The notes under the pieces were generated by a model. That model ran no database searches. It was not told the DNA's origin and saw nothing but the letters and a program-made list of their open reading frames with translations. Made by a program: the position numbers and the translations under genes. Below, one piece after another: positions 1 to 9,716 of a DNA stretch of 64,000 nt (positions are counted from its first letter, which is position 1; each line of letters opens with the position of its first letter). The DNA comes from Syntrophales bacterium (GTDB lineage Bacteria; Desulfobacterota; Syntrophia; Syntrophales; UBA4778): the NCBI GenBank assembly GCA_041946925.1, contig JBHGBI010000005.1, positions 4,128 through 68,127 on the forward strand, in the 5' to 3' direction.

Positions 1-1129
1 GCTTGGCGACAGCCGCGATATCGCCCGCTACCAGGGATTCCGCCGTTTTCTGGTTCTTTCCTTCGAGAAAGAAGAAGTTTCCGAACCTCTCAGTGATTTT
101 TCTGGAGGAATTATAGAAATTGAAATCGGAAGTAACCGACCCGGAATAAACCCGGAAGAGGGTCAATTTGCCGGCATAGGGATCGGCGAAGGTTTTGAAG
201 ACAAGACCCGAAAAAGGAGCTTCGACAGTGGGCTCTCGTTTTTCCGTGATTTCCTTGCCCGGGACTTTTCCGGTTACCGGGCCTCGGTCCACAGGAGACG
301 GAAGATACGAGACAATTATATCCATAAGCGGCCTGATACCGATGTTTTTAAGCGCGGAGCCGCACGTCATGGCAACGATGCCGCCCGAAATGACGGCTTT
401 CCGTAGACCTGTTTTAAGCTCGTCCATGCTCAGTTCCCCGCTTTCGAGATACTTATCCATCAGGGTCTCGTCGCTTTCCGCGATATCTTCAACCATTGAA
501 TCCCTGTAGGTTTTCACATTATCCGCCATATCCTCCGGGATGTCCGCGGTCTTAAATGTTCCTTTACCCTCGTCAAACAGGAGAGCTTTCATGCCGATCA
601 AATCCACAATGCCCCTGAAGGAATCTTCCGCGCCGATCGGCAGCGAAATCGGAGTCGGTTTTCTGCCGAGTTTCTTTTTGACCGTATCGATTACATTGAA
701 AAAGTCGGCGCGCTCCCTATCCATCTTGTTCACATAGATAATCCTGGGAAGCGAAAAACGGTCCGAATACTCCCATACTTTTTCCGTCTGGAACTCCACA
801 CCGCTTACCGCGTCTACAACAACAACGGCGCTGTCCGAGACATGGAGGACATTGATGGTATCCGTGGCAAAATTCGAATCTCCGGGCGTATCGATGATAT
901 TGATCTTGTGCTTGTCCCACTCGATGTAATTGACGGCGGCACTGATGGAAATACGTCTTTTCTGTTCCTCGGGCTCAAAATCCATGGATGAAGACCCGTC
1001 GTCGACCCTTCCCAGACGATCGGTCTTCCCGGAAACATAGAGAAACGATTCACAAAGCGACGTCTTCCCGGTCCCCCCATGTCCCACAATAGCAATATTT
1101 CTGAGAGAATTGGGTTCGTATTTTGCCAT
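1..1129 (-). CDS. fusA: Elongation factor G paralog (EF-G2-like), N-terminal part; runs off the window start
   Basis: Not in ORF track. Manual translation from ATG at 1129: MAKYEPNSLRNIAIVGHGGTGKTSLCE...KRRISI...INIIDTPGD...YVNKMDRERADF, showing translational GTPase G1/G3/G4 motifs. Confidence 0.9.
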   Translation of the reverse strand, partial: MAKYEPNSLRNIAIVGHGGTGKTSLCESFLYVSGKTDRLGRVDDGSSSMDFEPEEQKRRISISAAVNYIEWDKHKINIIDTPGDSNFATDTINVLHVSDSAVVVVDAVSGVEFQTEKVWEYSDRFSLPRIIYVNKMDRERADFFNVIDTVKKKLGRKPTPISLPIGAEDSFRGIVDLIGMKALLFDEGKGTFKTADIPEDMADNVKTYRDSMVEDIAESDETLMDKYLESGELSMDELKTGLRKAVISGGIVAMTCGSALKNIGIRPLMDIIVSYLPSPVDRGPVTGKVPGKEITEKREPTVEAPFSGLVFKTFADPYAGKLTLFRVYSGSVTSDFNFYNSSRKITERFGNFFFLEGKNQKTAESLVAGDIAAVAK

Positions 1130-1300
1130 ATGAATTCCCTTTCAGAGCATCATTCAATATTTAAAGAAAAGATTTTTATTGAAACATCCCTTCAATGTCA
1201 AGACAATTTTGAGCCGGAATACTTGATGCAGCGCCGATTATCTGCTAACTATGATCCCGGCTTTTCCTCTTCGTAGCCAGTGCACAGAAAAGAGACAGCC

Positions 1301-3463
1301 ATGGTGATGTGCATGCCGGATCAATTGAGGGATACTGCAGTTAAAACGGGCGATGTGGACGCCTGTTTCAGACAACTCTCCCGCCCGGTGCAGGTGATAA
1401 AGGGAGTCGGTCCGAAGACCGCCGCGATCTTGGGAAAAAAAGGAATCCAAACTGTCCGCGACATCCTGTACTTCCTGCCGAGAAAATATGAGGACAGGCG
1501 CACAGTCCGGAGCATCTCCGAAGCAAGGATCGGCCGGAGAGAAACAATCCTGGCGAGAATTGCTGGCACAGAAGTGAAGTGGTACGGCAGAAAAAAAATA
1601 TTCGAAGCGATTCTGCAGGACGCGAGTGGCAGGATGACGGCCAAATGGTTCAGGGGCGGCGAAATATTCCTGCGCAGATCCCTGCGGAAGGGAGCTCGGA
1701 TAATACTGTCCGGAGAAATCAGAGGTTATCGCTTGAACAAAGAGGTCATTCACCCCGATTTCGAAATCCTGGACGAAGAGGATGATGAACTCCTGCATTT
1801 CAAGAGGATTGTTCCCGTCTATTCGGAGGCCGAAGGGCTGCACCAGAAATGGCTCAGAAGAATCGTGAGAAGGGCTCTGGATGATTATTCCCGTTTTCTT
1901 CTTAGCCCCATACCGGATACCGTATGCAGGAAATACAACCTCGGACCGCTGGACGAGGCTGTTCGCAGAGCCCATTTCCCCGGTGACGAAGAGGATATTC
2001 AAGCATGCAACCGCAGAGAATCGAACGCATGGCGCAGGCTCGTCTTTGACGAGTTCTTCTACTTCGAGCTGGGGATGGCCTTGAGGAAAAAGAGAAACCG
2101 CAGCGAGGCGGGGATTTCCTTCAGGACGGACGGAGATCTTGTCCGGAGATTTCATGATTTTCTGCCCTACCAACTGACAGGCGCACAGAAGCGGGTTGCG
2201 GAGGAGATATTGAAGGATATGGCCTGCCCGTATCCGATGAATCGTCTGCTGCAGGGTGATGTGGGGTGCGGGAAAACCGTGGTTTCCGTTATGGCCATGC
2301 TGACGGCCTGCCAGAACGATTATCAGGCCGCCATGATGGCGCCCACGGAAATTCTCGCCGAACAGCACTTCCGGCAGATCGACTGGTGGGCCGGGCGCCT
2401 GGGATTGCGCTGTGTCCTTGTGACAGGGAGCCAGCCCCGGGGAGAAAGAAAGAGATTCCTGGGAATGATTGAAACAGGGGAAGCCCGGCTGATTGTCGGA
2501 ACACACGCGCTAATCCAGGAAAACACAAAATTCAGGAAATTGGGTCTCGCCGTTATAGACGAGCAGCACCGGTTTGGAGTCATACAGAGGGCAATGCTTC
2601 GTGAGAAGGGACTTAACCCGGATGTTCTTTATATGACCGCTACTCCGATACCGCGGACGTTGGCTCTGACAGTTTACGGCGATCTCGACATCTCGGTGAT
2701 CGATGAGATGCCGCCCGGACGGAAAGAGATAGAGACACGCGTTCTTTACGACCGTGACCGGGAACAGCTCTACAGGATAATCCGCGGGGAGCATCGGAAA
2801 GGCAATCAGGTGTTCATCGTCTATCCGCTTATCGAGGAGTCGGAAACACTGGATTTGAAGGACGTCACCCGCATGGCCCGCCATCTCCAGGAAAAAATAT
2901 TTCCGGACTGTCGGATAGGGCTGATGCACGGGAAGATGAAACGGGACGAACGGGACAGGATCATGACTGAATTCAAATCGGGAGGTATGGACATTCTCGT
3001 TTCGACGACGGTTATCGAAGTCGGAATCGACATCCCCCAGGCCTCGCTGATGATCATTGAGCATGCCGAGCGCTTTGGGCTTTCGCAGCTCCACCAGCTT
3101 CGGGGCCGGGTAGGCAGGGGCGAAATCCCGGCCCGTTGCATTCTGATGGCCGATTACAACCAATCGGAGACGTCTGCCAGAAGATTGAGGATAATGGAAG
3201 AGACCAACGACGGCTTCAGGATCGCGGAGGAGGATCTCGCGATCCGGGGTCCAGGCGAATTTTTGGGAGTGAGACAATCCGGTTTCCCGGATTTCACTGT
3301 AGCTGATATTTTGAGGGATGCGAGGATACTCAGCGAAGCAAGACGGGAATCTTTCGCCGTGGTCGAAAGAGATCCCCTGCTGGAAGACGAGCAGAACGCG
3401 AGCTTGAAGAAGGCCCTGCTGCTGAGGTGGGGAGGCCCCCCTTTTTTTCTGAAAGGAGGATAA
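1301..3463 (+). CDS. recG: ATP-dependent DNA helicase RecG
   Basis: MNRLLQGDVGCGKT, APTEILAEQH, IDEQHRFG, MTATPIPRT, QLHQLRGRVGRG motifs. Start uncertain (1280-1313). Confidence 0.97.
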   Translation: MVMCMPDQLRDTAVKTGDVDACFRQLSRPVQVIKGVGPKTAAILGKKGIQTVRDILYFLPRKYEDRRTVRSISEARIGRRETILARIAGTEVKWYGRKKIFEAILQDASGRMTAKWFRGGEIFLRRSLRKGARIILSGEIRGYRLNKEVIHPDFEILDEEDDELLHFKRIVPVYSEAEGLHQKWLRRIVRRALDDYSRFLLSPIPDTVCRKYNLGPLDEAVRRAHFPGDEEDIQACNRRESNAWRRLVFDEFFYFELGMALRKKRNRSEAGISFRTDGDLVRRFHDFLPYQLTGAQKRVAEEILKDMACPYPMNRLLQGDVGCGKTVVSVMAMLTACQNDYQAAMMAPTEILAEQHFRQIDWWAGRLGLRCVLVTGSQPRGERKRFLGMIETGEARLIVGTHALIQENTKFRKLGLAVIDEQHRFGVIQRAMLREKGLNPDVLYMTATPIPRTLALTVYGDLDISVIDEMPPGRKEIETRVLYDRDREQLYRIIRGEHRKGNQVFIVYPLIEESETLDLKDVTRMARHLQEKIFPDCRIGLMHGKMKRDERDRIMTEFKSGGMDILVSTTVIEVGIDIPQASLMIIEHAERFGLSQLHQLRGRVGRGEIPARCILMADYNQSETSARRLRIMEETNDGFRIAEEDLAIRGPGEFLGVRQSGFPDFTVADILRDARILSEARRESFAVVERDPLLEDEQNASLKKALLLRWGGPPFFLKGG

Positions 3464-3477
3464 GAACTGAAATTACT

Positions 3478-3506
3478 TTGACAAATAACGGCAATTGTAA
3501 TAGACA
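3478..3506 (+). promoter_or_regulatory. Putative sigma70 promoter upstream of hom
   Basis: TTGACA at 3478-3483 with an AT-rich -10 region (TAATAG/TAGACA) 14-17 nt downstream. Confidence 0.45.
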
Positions 3507-3667
3507 TTTAAATTTGTATTCATGGGGAAACGGCGTTGGAAAAGAATACGATTCGGAATCACAGCGGTCTTTAAATGCAAAACAAGCTTCACCATGCTGC
3601 AAAAGGCATAGGCTGCAGTGAAGCCGCGATGAGCATTTTTTAAGTGCCTGTAACAGGAGTATTGATC

Positions 3668-4990
3668 ATGAAAGAAATTGTCCTGGGTCTCATTGGTTTT
3701 GGAAATATCGGCAGCGGCGTTGTCAAGCTTCTCCGGGACAACCGGGAACATCTGGAAAGACGACTGGGTGCATCCGTTCGTCTCAAAAAGGTAGCCGATC
3801 TCGATATTACAACCCCCAGGGTCGTGCCAGTCGAAAGAGAGAAGCTTACCACTGATGCGGGCGAGATATTGCGGGATCCGGAGATATCGATCGTCATTGA
3901 GTTGATAGGAGGCTATGAGCCGGCGCGGTCTTTCATCATTGAAGCCATGAGGAACAAGAAACACGTGGTTACGGCCAACAAGGCCCTTCTTGCGACGCAT
4001 GGAAACGAAATATTCGAAATCGCGGAGAGGGAGGGAGTGGATATAGGTTTTGAGGCGAGTGTCGGCGGCACTATACCCATCATAAAGACATTGAAAGAGA
4101 GCCTGGTGGCGAACAGAATCAAATCGATATTCGGCATCATGAACGGCACCTCGAATTTCATCCTGACCAAGATGACCGACGAAGGAAAGGCTTTTGATGA
4201 TGTATTGAAGGATGCCCAGCGGCTTGGGTTTGCGGAGGCCGACCCGACTTTCGATATCGAGGGGATAGATACTGCGCATAAGCTGGCCATCACCCTTGCG
4301 CTCTCCTACGGCAAGAAGGTCAGGCTGGAGGATATTTACCGGGAAGGCATTTCAGGGATTGAACAGAAAGACATCGAGTTCGCGCGGGAGCTCGGATACA
4401 GGATCAAGCTGCTGGCGATAGCCATCCAGAGGAAAGAGGGAGCTATTGAAGCGAGGATCCACCCGACGATGATCCCCTTCGATCACCTGCTTGCAAATGT
4501 GAACGGCAACTTCAATGCCTTTCACGTGGTCGGTGACGCTTCCGATTCCATATTCCTTTACGGGCAGGGGTCCGGGATGATGCCGACGGCGAGCGCCGTC
4601 ATGAGCGATATCATAGACATAGGGCGCGACATTATGAAAGGAATAGCAAGAAGGGTTCCCTCCAGAGCGCATAGTGAGTATCTGATTGAGAATATTTCCC
4701 TGCTTCCGATGGACGATATCGAGACCCGATATTATTTCAGGTTCTCAGCGGTCGACAGGCCCGGCGTGCTTTCGAAGATATCGGGCATACTCGGAGAAAA
4801 CAATATCAGCATTGCATCTGTGATCCAGAAAGGAAGAAAGCTCGACGGTGCCGGCGCCGTTCCTGTGGTGATGACGACCCATGAATCCAAAGAGGCGAAC
4901 GTGCGCATGGCACTGCAGAGGATCGATGAACTGGATATCGTAAAGGGGAAAACCGTACGGATCCGGATAGAGGATGAAAAGCTCCAATGA
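3668..4990 (+). CDS. hom: Homoserine dehydrogenase with C-terminal ACT domain
   Basis: GFGNIG Rossmann motif, VVTANKA, FEASVGGTIP, GIMNGTSNFIL, EADPTFDIEG, ACT domain DRPGVL. AGGAG SD before ATG 3668. Confidence 0.96.
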   Translation: MKEIVLGLIGFGNIGSGVVKLLRDNREHLERRLGASVRLKKVADLDITTPRVVPVEREKLTTDAGEILRDPEISIVIELIGGYEPARSFIIEAMRNKKHVVTANKALLATHGNEIFEIAEREGVDIGFEASVGGTIPIIKTLKESLVANRIKSIFGIMNGTSNFILTKMTDEGKAFDDVLKDAQRLGFAEADPTFDIEGIDTAHKLAITLALSYGKKVRLEDIYREGISGIEQKDIEFARELGYRIKLLAIAIQRKEGAIEARIHPTMIPFDHLLANVNGNFNAFHVVGDASDSIFLYGQGSGMMPTASAVMSDIIDIGRDIMKGIARRVPSRAHSEYLIENISLLPMDDIETRYYFRFSAVDRPGVLSKISGILGENNISIASVIQKGRKLDGAGAVPVVMTTHESKEANVRMALQRIDELDIVKGKTVRIRIEDEKLQ

Positions 4991-6216
4991 AGTATATTAT
5001 TCTGCTGGGTGACGGCATGGCGGACTATCCGATCGACTCTCTCGGGGGAATGACGCCGCTGGAGGCCGCCCGCACTCCTTACATGGACGAGATTGCAAGA
5101 AAAGGCACGGTCGGCCTGATAGATACGATACCGCGGGGTTTCCCGCCGGGCAGCGATGTCGCGAACCTTTCAGTCCTGGGGTACAATCCCGGCGAATATT
5201 ACACCGGACGCGGGCCGCTGGAAGCGGCAAGCATGGGAGTGAGACTTGCTCCGGAGGACGAAGCGTACCGCTGCAACCTGGTGACTTTGAGAATGGCCGA
5301 CCATCCGGTTATGGATGACTACTCGGCGGGCCACATTTCAACCGGAGAAGCCAGGGCCATTGTCGCGGATCTGGACAGAGAACTCGGTTCCGGAGCCTTC
5401 AAGTTTTATTCCGGCGTCAGTTACAGGCATCTTCTTGTGTGGAAGAGAGGAGCGCCGTCGGTTAAAACCGTTCCTCCCCACGATATTGTCGGTGAACAGA
5501 TCGATCGCTATCTGCCCAGCGGGAATGGGGCGCAGGAAATAAAGCGACTGATAAATCTTGCGCGTGAAATCCTATCCGTACACCCCGTGAACATCTCGCG
5601 GATCGGCAGAGGAGAAAAACCGGCGAATTCCATCTGGCCCTGGGGGCAGGGTAAGGCGCCGAGATTCACTCCCCTAACCGTTAAATACGGCTTGAAGGGC
5701 AGCATTATTTCCGCCGTAGACTTGTTGAATGGAATCGGCATTTACGCGGGGCTGGAGGTGATCCGCGTGAGAGGAGCCACAGGATACATCGATACGGACT
5801 ACGCGGGAAAGGCGCAGAGCGCTCTGGAATCGCTGAAGGACAAGGATTTTGTTTTTGTACATGTTGAAGCTCCTGATGAAATGGGCCATGCAGGAAACAT
5901 CGAGGGGAAGATCAAGGCGGTCGAGGATTTCGACAGCAAGGTCGTGGGGACGGTTTTGCGCAACGTTGGAGGTCTGGGAGATTATCGCCTGATGGTATTG
6001 AGTGATCATCCCACACCGATCAGCCGGAGAACCCATGTCCCTGATCCGAGTCCTTTCGCAGTCCTTTCTTCTTCCAGGGAAGAGAACCTGGCCGTTGATG
6101 CGCCGTTCGGCGAGGCCGCCGCGAAAAGAACCGGATTGTTGATATCGCCCGGATATCGCCTCATGGAGCATTTTCTGGGCGACTGGAGGGGGTTCATTGC
6201 AGCCCGGTGTCGTTAA
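4987..6216 (+). CDS. apgM: Cofactor-independent phosphoglycerate mutase family protein (ApgM / proposed homoserine kinase)
   Basis: LGDGMAD, TPLEAA.TP, PGSDVAN, GRGPLEA, HVEAPDEMGH, SDHPTP motifs. ATGA overlap with hom. Confidence 0.9.
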   Translation: MKYIILLGDGMADYPIDSLGGMTPLEAARTPYMDEIARKGTVGLIDTIPRGFPPGSDVANLSVLGYNPGEYYTGRGPLEAASMGVRLAPEDEAYRCNLVTLRMADHPVMDDYSAGHISTGEARAIVADLDRELGSGAFKFYSGVSYRHLLVWKRGAPSVKTVPPHDIVGEQIDRYLPSGNGAQEIKRLINLAREILSVHPVNISRIGRGEKPANSIWPWGQGKAPRFTPLTVKYGLKGSIISAVDLLNGIGIYAGLEVIRVRGATGYIDTDYAGKAQSALESLKDKDFVFVHVEAPDEMGHAGNIEGKIKAVEDFDSKVVGTVLRNVGGLGDYRLMVLSDHPTPISRRTHVPDPSPFAVLSSSREENLAVDAPFGEAAAKRTGLLISPGYRLMEHFLGDWRGFIAARCR

Positions 6217-6634
6217 ACTGAGGGTCATATACGCCGACACGGATGCCATGGGCATCGTGTATCATACGAACTATATAAAATGGTTCGAAATAGGGCGGGT
6301 CGAATTGATGAGGGAAATCGGTTTTGTATATTCCGCACTGGAGTCGCATGGATATTACATGCCCGCGACCAAGGCATTTTGTCACTATCTTTGGCCCGCA
6401 AAATACGATGATATTATTCAGATCGAAACAAAAATAGACTATTTAAGACACGCCAGCATGAAATTCAATTACGAAATATGGGACGAAAAGCGAGAGAAAC
6501 TACTGGTCGAGGGGTACACTGTCCATGCCTTCACAAACAAACAGGGGAAAATTGTAAGGCCCCCGAAGGAGATGGTGGACCGCATAACCGGGTTGAAACG
6601 GGCGGCGGCCCTTGATCCCGATAGGAGTTTTTAA
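6197..6634 (+). CDS. YbgC/FadM-family acyl-CoA thioesterase
   Basis: RVIYADTDAMGIVYHTNYIKWFEIGR hot-dog-fold signature. TTG start after GGAGG. Confidence 0.9.
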   Translation: MQPGVVKLRVIYADTDAMGIVYHTNYIKWFEIGRVELMREIGFVYSALESHGYYMPATKAFCHYLWPAKYDDIIQIETKIDYLRHASMKFNYEIWDEKREKLLVEGYTVHAFTNKQGKIVRPPKEMVDRITGLKRAAALDPDRSF

Positions 6635-7318
6635 ATGGCAAAAGCCGCGAAAAAAGAAATGGAACAGCCCGACCGTCTGCAGGCGCTGATGGATAAGGTC
6701 GCCGGCTATATTTCCAGAAACAAAAAACAATTCTTTCTGGCATTGGTAATACTCATCCTGGCTGTCTTGGCTGGGGGGGGGTGGTTCATCTACAGTATGA
6801 ATGTTGAAAACCACGCGCAGAAACTCTATTCCGAGGCATTTCGCTCTTATCTCTCCATCCGAGCAGAGGTGAATAGAGAATCGGCCGGTCCCGCGATCAG
6901 GCTTTACGAGGACTTGATAAAAAAGTACCCCGGCAGCAATGCCGCATTGATCGCCTGTTACGATCTCGGAAACATCTATTACAGAATCAATGAAATCGAC
7001 AAGTCCATTGATTTGTACAATCGCTTTCTGAAAGGATCATCGGTGAGGAACGATCTCAGGATTTTCGCCTATAACGGACTCGGATATTGCTACAGCTACA
7101 AGAAAGATTATCCGAAGTCCATCGAAATGTTCGAAAAATCAGTTCAATCCCTGAACGGGACAGCGCTGGCGGGAGCTATCTACGGCAACATAGCCGAAAT
7201 GTATGAGCAGATGGGCGACACGAAAAAGGCTGTGAGCTATTACAGGAAAGCGCTGGAACAAAAAAACGAGCCCTTGATGGAAGCCCTGATCAGGAAGAAA
7301 TTATCGGAGCTCGGGTAG
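6635..7318 (+). CDS. Single-pass membrane TPR protein (YfgM-like)
   Basis: N-terminal TM helix (FFLALVILILAVLAGGGWFIY) followed by TPR repeats (YDLGNIYY, YNGLGYCY, YGNIAEMY). Confidence 0.8.
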   Translation: MAKAAKKEMEQPDRLQALMDKVAGYISRNKKQFFLALVILILAVLAGGGWFIYSMNVENHAQKLYSEAFRSYLSIRAEVNRESAGPAIRLYEDLIKKYPGSNAALIACYDLGNIYYRINEIDKSIDLYNRFLKGSSVRNDLRIFAYNGLGYCYSYKKDYPKSIEMFEKSVQSLNGTALAGAIYGNIAEMYEQMGDTKKAVSYYRKALEQKNEPLMEALIRKKLSELG

Positions 7319-7339
7319 CAGGAGGAAAACATCCGGAGC

Positions 7340-9136
7340 ATGAAGGAATTATTGTCAGGAAACGAGGCAATCGCGAGAGGGGCATATGAATGCGGCGTTC
7401 GTTTCGCCGCCGGATATCCCGGAACGCCAAGCACCGAGATTATGGAGTCATTTGCGAAGTACAAGGATGCGTACGCGGAGTGGTCACCCAACGAGAAAGT
7501 TGCGATGGAGGTGGGAATAGGGGCGGCGGTGGCTGGCTCCAAGGCCATGGTCGTCATGAAGCATGTCGGAGTTAATGTGGCCGCGGACCCGTTATTCACA
7601 GTGAGCTACACGGGTACAAACAGTGCCCTGGTCATTGTCACGGCCGACGATCCCTCGCTACACAGCTCCCAGAATGAACAGGACAACCGCAATTATGCCA
7701 AATTCGCCAAAATACCGATGATTGAGCCTTCAAGCAGCCAGGAAGCCAAGGACTACATAAAACTTGCGTTTGAGATCAGCAGAAAATTCGATACTCCGGT
7801 TTTCCTCAGGACAACGACGAGGCTGTCGCATTCCAAATCCGTCGTGGAGATCGAGGAGCCGTCGGCAGTCGAGGAGGATAAAACGCAGATCACCCCCGAT
7901 GCGCGAAAATACGTCATGGTACCCGTCAATGCGAGGGCCAGGAGAATCGAGGTAGAGAAAAGACTCGATCTTCTGCGGAATTTCGCTGAGGAATTTTCGG
8001 AGAACAGGATTGAATGGAACAGCACGGATTCTGGCATAATCTCCGCCGGAATGGCATACAATTATGCAAAAGACGTCTTTCCCGACTTTTCCTATCTGAA
8101 ACTAGGCATGGTCTATCCTTTGCCCGAAAAAATGATAAGAGAGTTCGCAGCGAGAGTCAAAAAACTTTATATAGTCGAGGAGTTGGATCCGTTCATTGAG
8201 GAACAGGTAAAAGCCATGGGCATTCACGCAATCGGCAAAGAAGTATTTCCTGTGACCAATGAATTCGATCCGGGCATCGTCGAGAGGGCGATTACGGGAA
8301 TGGCCGTCCGGCAGGACGCTCTGCCTGCAATGGATATACCTCCCAGACCCCCGAATCTATGCCCGGGTTGCCCGCACAGGGGTTTGTTCTATGTGCTTGG
8401 CAGATTGAAGGTGTTCGTTGCGGGGGATATCGGGTGCTACACGCTCTCTTACATGGAACCCCTTGCCGGCCTTCATTCATGTATTTGCATGGGGGCCAGT
8501 ATCGGCATGGCGCACGGGATGAGCAAAGCCCTGAAGGAGAAGGGCAGGGGAAAGGTGGTCGGCGTGATCGGGGATTCGACTTTCGTGCATTCCGGCATCA
8601 CTTCGCTTCTGAATACGGCGTATAATAAAAGCGATGCCGTAATCGTCATATGCGACAACCGCACAACGGCTATGACTGGCATGCAGGACCACCCTGCGAC
8701 AGGATGGACCCTGAAGGGGGAAAAGACGAAAAAACTGGATTTCTCCGTCCTCGCTTCGGCGCTCGGCATCGACAGCGTCCGGATCCTGGATCCGGGCAAT
8801 ATCCGGGAGACCCGGACCATCTTGAAGGAAGAGCTGTTAAAGGAAGGACCCTCTGTCGTAATTTCGAGCGGTCCGTGCATTCTCCTGAATGCAAGAAAAC
8901 CGGCGGCGGGAAAGCGCCTGGTTGTGGATCCACAGAAGTGCACCGGCTGCAGGCTTTGCCTGGGTCTCGGATGTCCTCCTATTTCATGGCGCAAATTCCA
9001 GCAGGAGCCAGAGCTTCCGGCCGGTGGAGGGAGGAGAAAACAGGAAGGGGTCGCCTACATCGATCCGACACTGTGCGTAGGCTGTACACTTTGCCGTCAA
9101 ATCTGCAGCGCCGGCGCGATCATAGAGGAGGAATAA
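7340..9136 (+). CDS. iorA: Indolepyruvate:ferredoxin oxidoreductase alpha subunit
   Basis: LSGNEAIARG, GYPGTPSTEI, NEKVA, SSQNEQDNR, RPPNLCPGCPHR, GDIGCY, C-terminal 2x[4Fe-4S] motifs. Confidence 0.95.
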   Translation: MKELLSGNEAIARGAYECGVRFAAGYPGTPSTEIMESFAKYKDAYAEWSPNEKVAMEVGIGAAVAGSKAMVVMKHVGVNVAADPLFTVSYTGTNSALVIVTADDPSLHSSQNEQDNRNYAKFAKIPMIEPSSSQEAKDYIKLAFEISRKFDTPVFLRTTTRLSHSKSVVEIEEPSAVEEDKTQITPDARKYVMVPVNARARRIEVEKRLDLLRNFAEEFSENRIEWNSTDSGIISAGMAYNYAKDVFPDFSYLKLGMVYPLPEKMIREFAARVKKLYIVEELDPFIEEQVKAMGIHAIGKEVFPVTNEFDPGIVERAITGMAVRQDALPAMDIPPRPPNLCPGCPHRGLFYVLGRLKVFVAGDIGCYTLSYMEPLAGLHSCICMGASIGMAHGMSKALKEKGRGKVVGVIGDSTFVHSGITSLLNTAYNKSDAVIVICDNRTTAMTGMQDHPATGWTLKGEKTKKLDFSVLASALGIDSVRILDPGNIRETRTILKEELLKEGPSVVISSGPCILLNARKPAAGKRLVVDPQKCTGCRLCLGLGCPPISWRKFQQEPELPAGGGRRKQEGVAYIDPTLCVGCTLCRQICSAGAIIEEE

Positions 9137-9137
9137 G

Positions 9138-9716
9138 ATGGGTTACAACACGAAAAGTATTCTTCTGGCCGGAGTCGGCGGTCAGGGAATACTCAGGGCA
9201 AGCGATATCATATGCATGGCATTGATGGCCTCCGGATACGATGTTAAGAAAAGCGAAGTGCACGGAATGGCGCAGAGGGGCGGGTGTGTTACCAGCCACG
9301 TACGGTATGGAGAAAAAGTATACTCCCCAATATCGAAAAAAGGCGAGGTGGATATCCTCCTTTCCTTCGAGAAGCTGGAGACGCTCCGTTATCTGGATTT
9401 TCTCCAGCCCGGCGGAACAGTGATTATCAATAACGAGGAAATATACCCCCCTTCTGTCAATCTCGGCCAGGTCTCCTATCCGGAAAACGTATTCGAAATC
9501 GTGAACAGGTATTTTCCTGAGGTCAAAGTGGTGAATGCTGCAGATATCGCGTCGAAAGTAGGGGATTTCCGTACGGCGAATACAGTGATGATCGGCGCTC
9601 TTTCCCGGTATCTTGAAGTGGGTATCGTCATCTGGGAGAGGATTCTCAACAAAGTATTTTCCGAAAAGTTATTAAAAGCCAATGTAGAAGCATTCCACCT
9701 TGGAAGAAGCGCTTGA
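9138..9716 (+). CDS. iorB: Indolepyruvate:ferredoxin oxidoreductase beta subunit
   Basis: GVGGQG and SEVHGMAQRGG motifs, directly after iorA. Confidence 0.95.
   Translation: MGYNTKSILLAGVGGQGILRASDIICMALMASGYDVKKSEVHGMAQRGGCVTSHVRYGEKVYSPISKKGEVDILLSFEKLETLRYLDFLQPGGTVIINNEEIYPPSVNLGQVSYPENVFEIVNRYFPEVKVVNAADIASKVGDFRTANTVMIGALSRYLEVGIVIWERILNKVFSEKLLKANVEAFHLGRSA

Noticed and set aside
1238-2506. 422-aa - strand ORF, and similar long antisense ORFs over dnaE, secA, pssA and the biotin carboxylase
   Set aside because: Antisense to well-supported genes, with no protein motifs.
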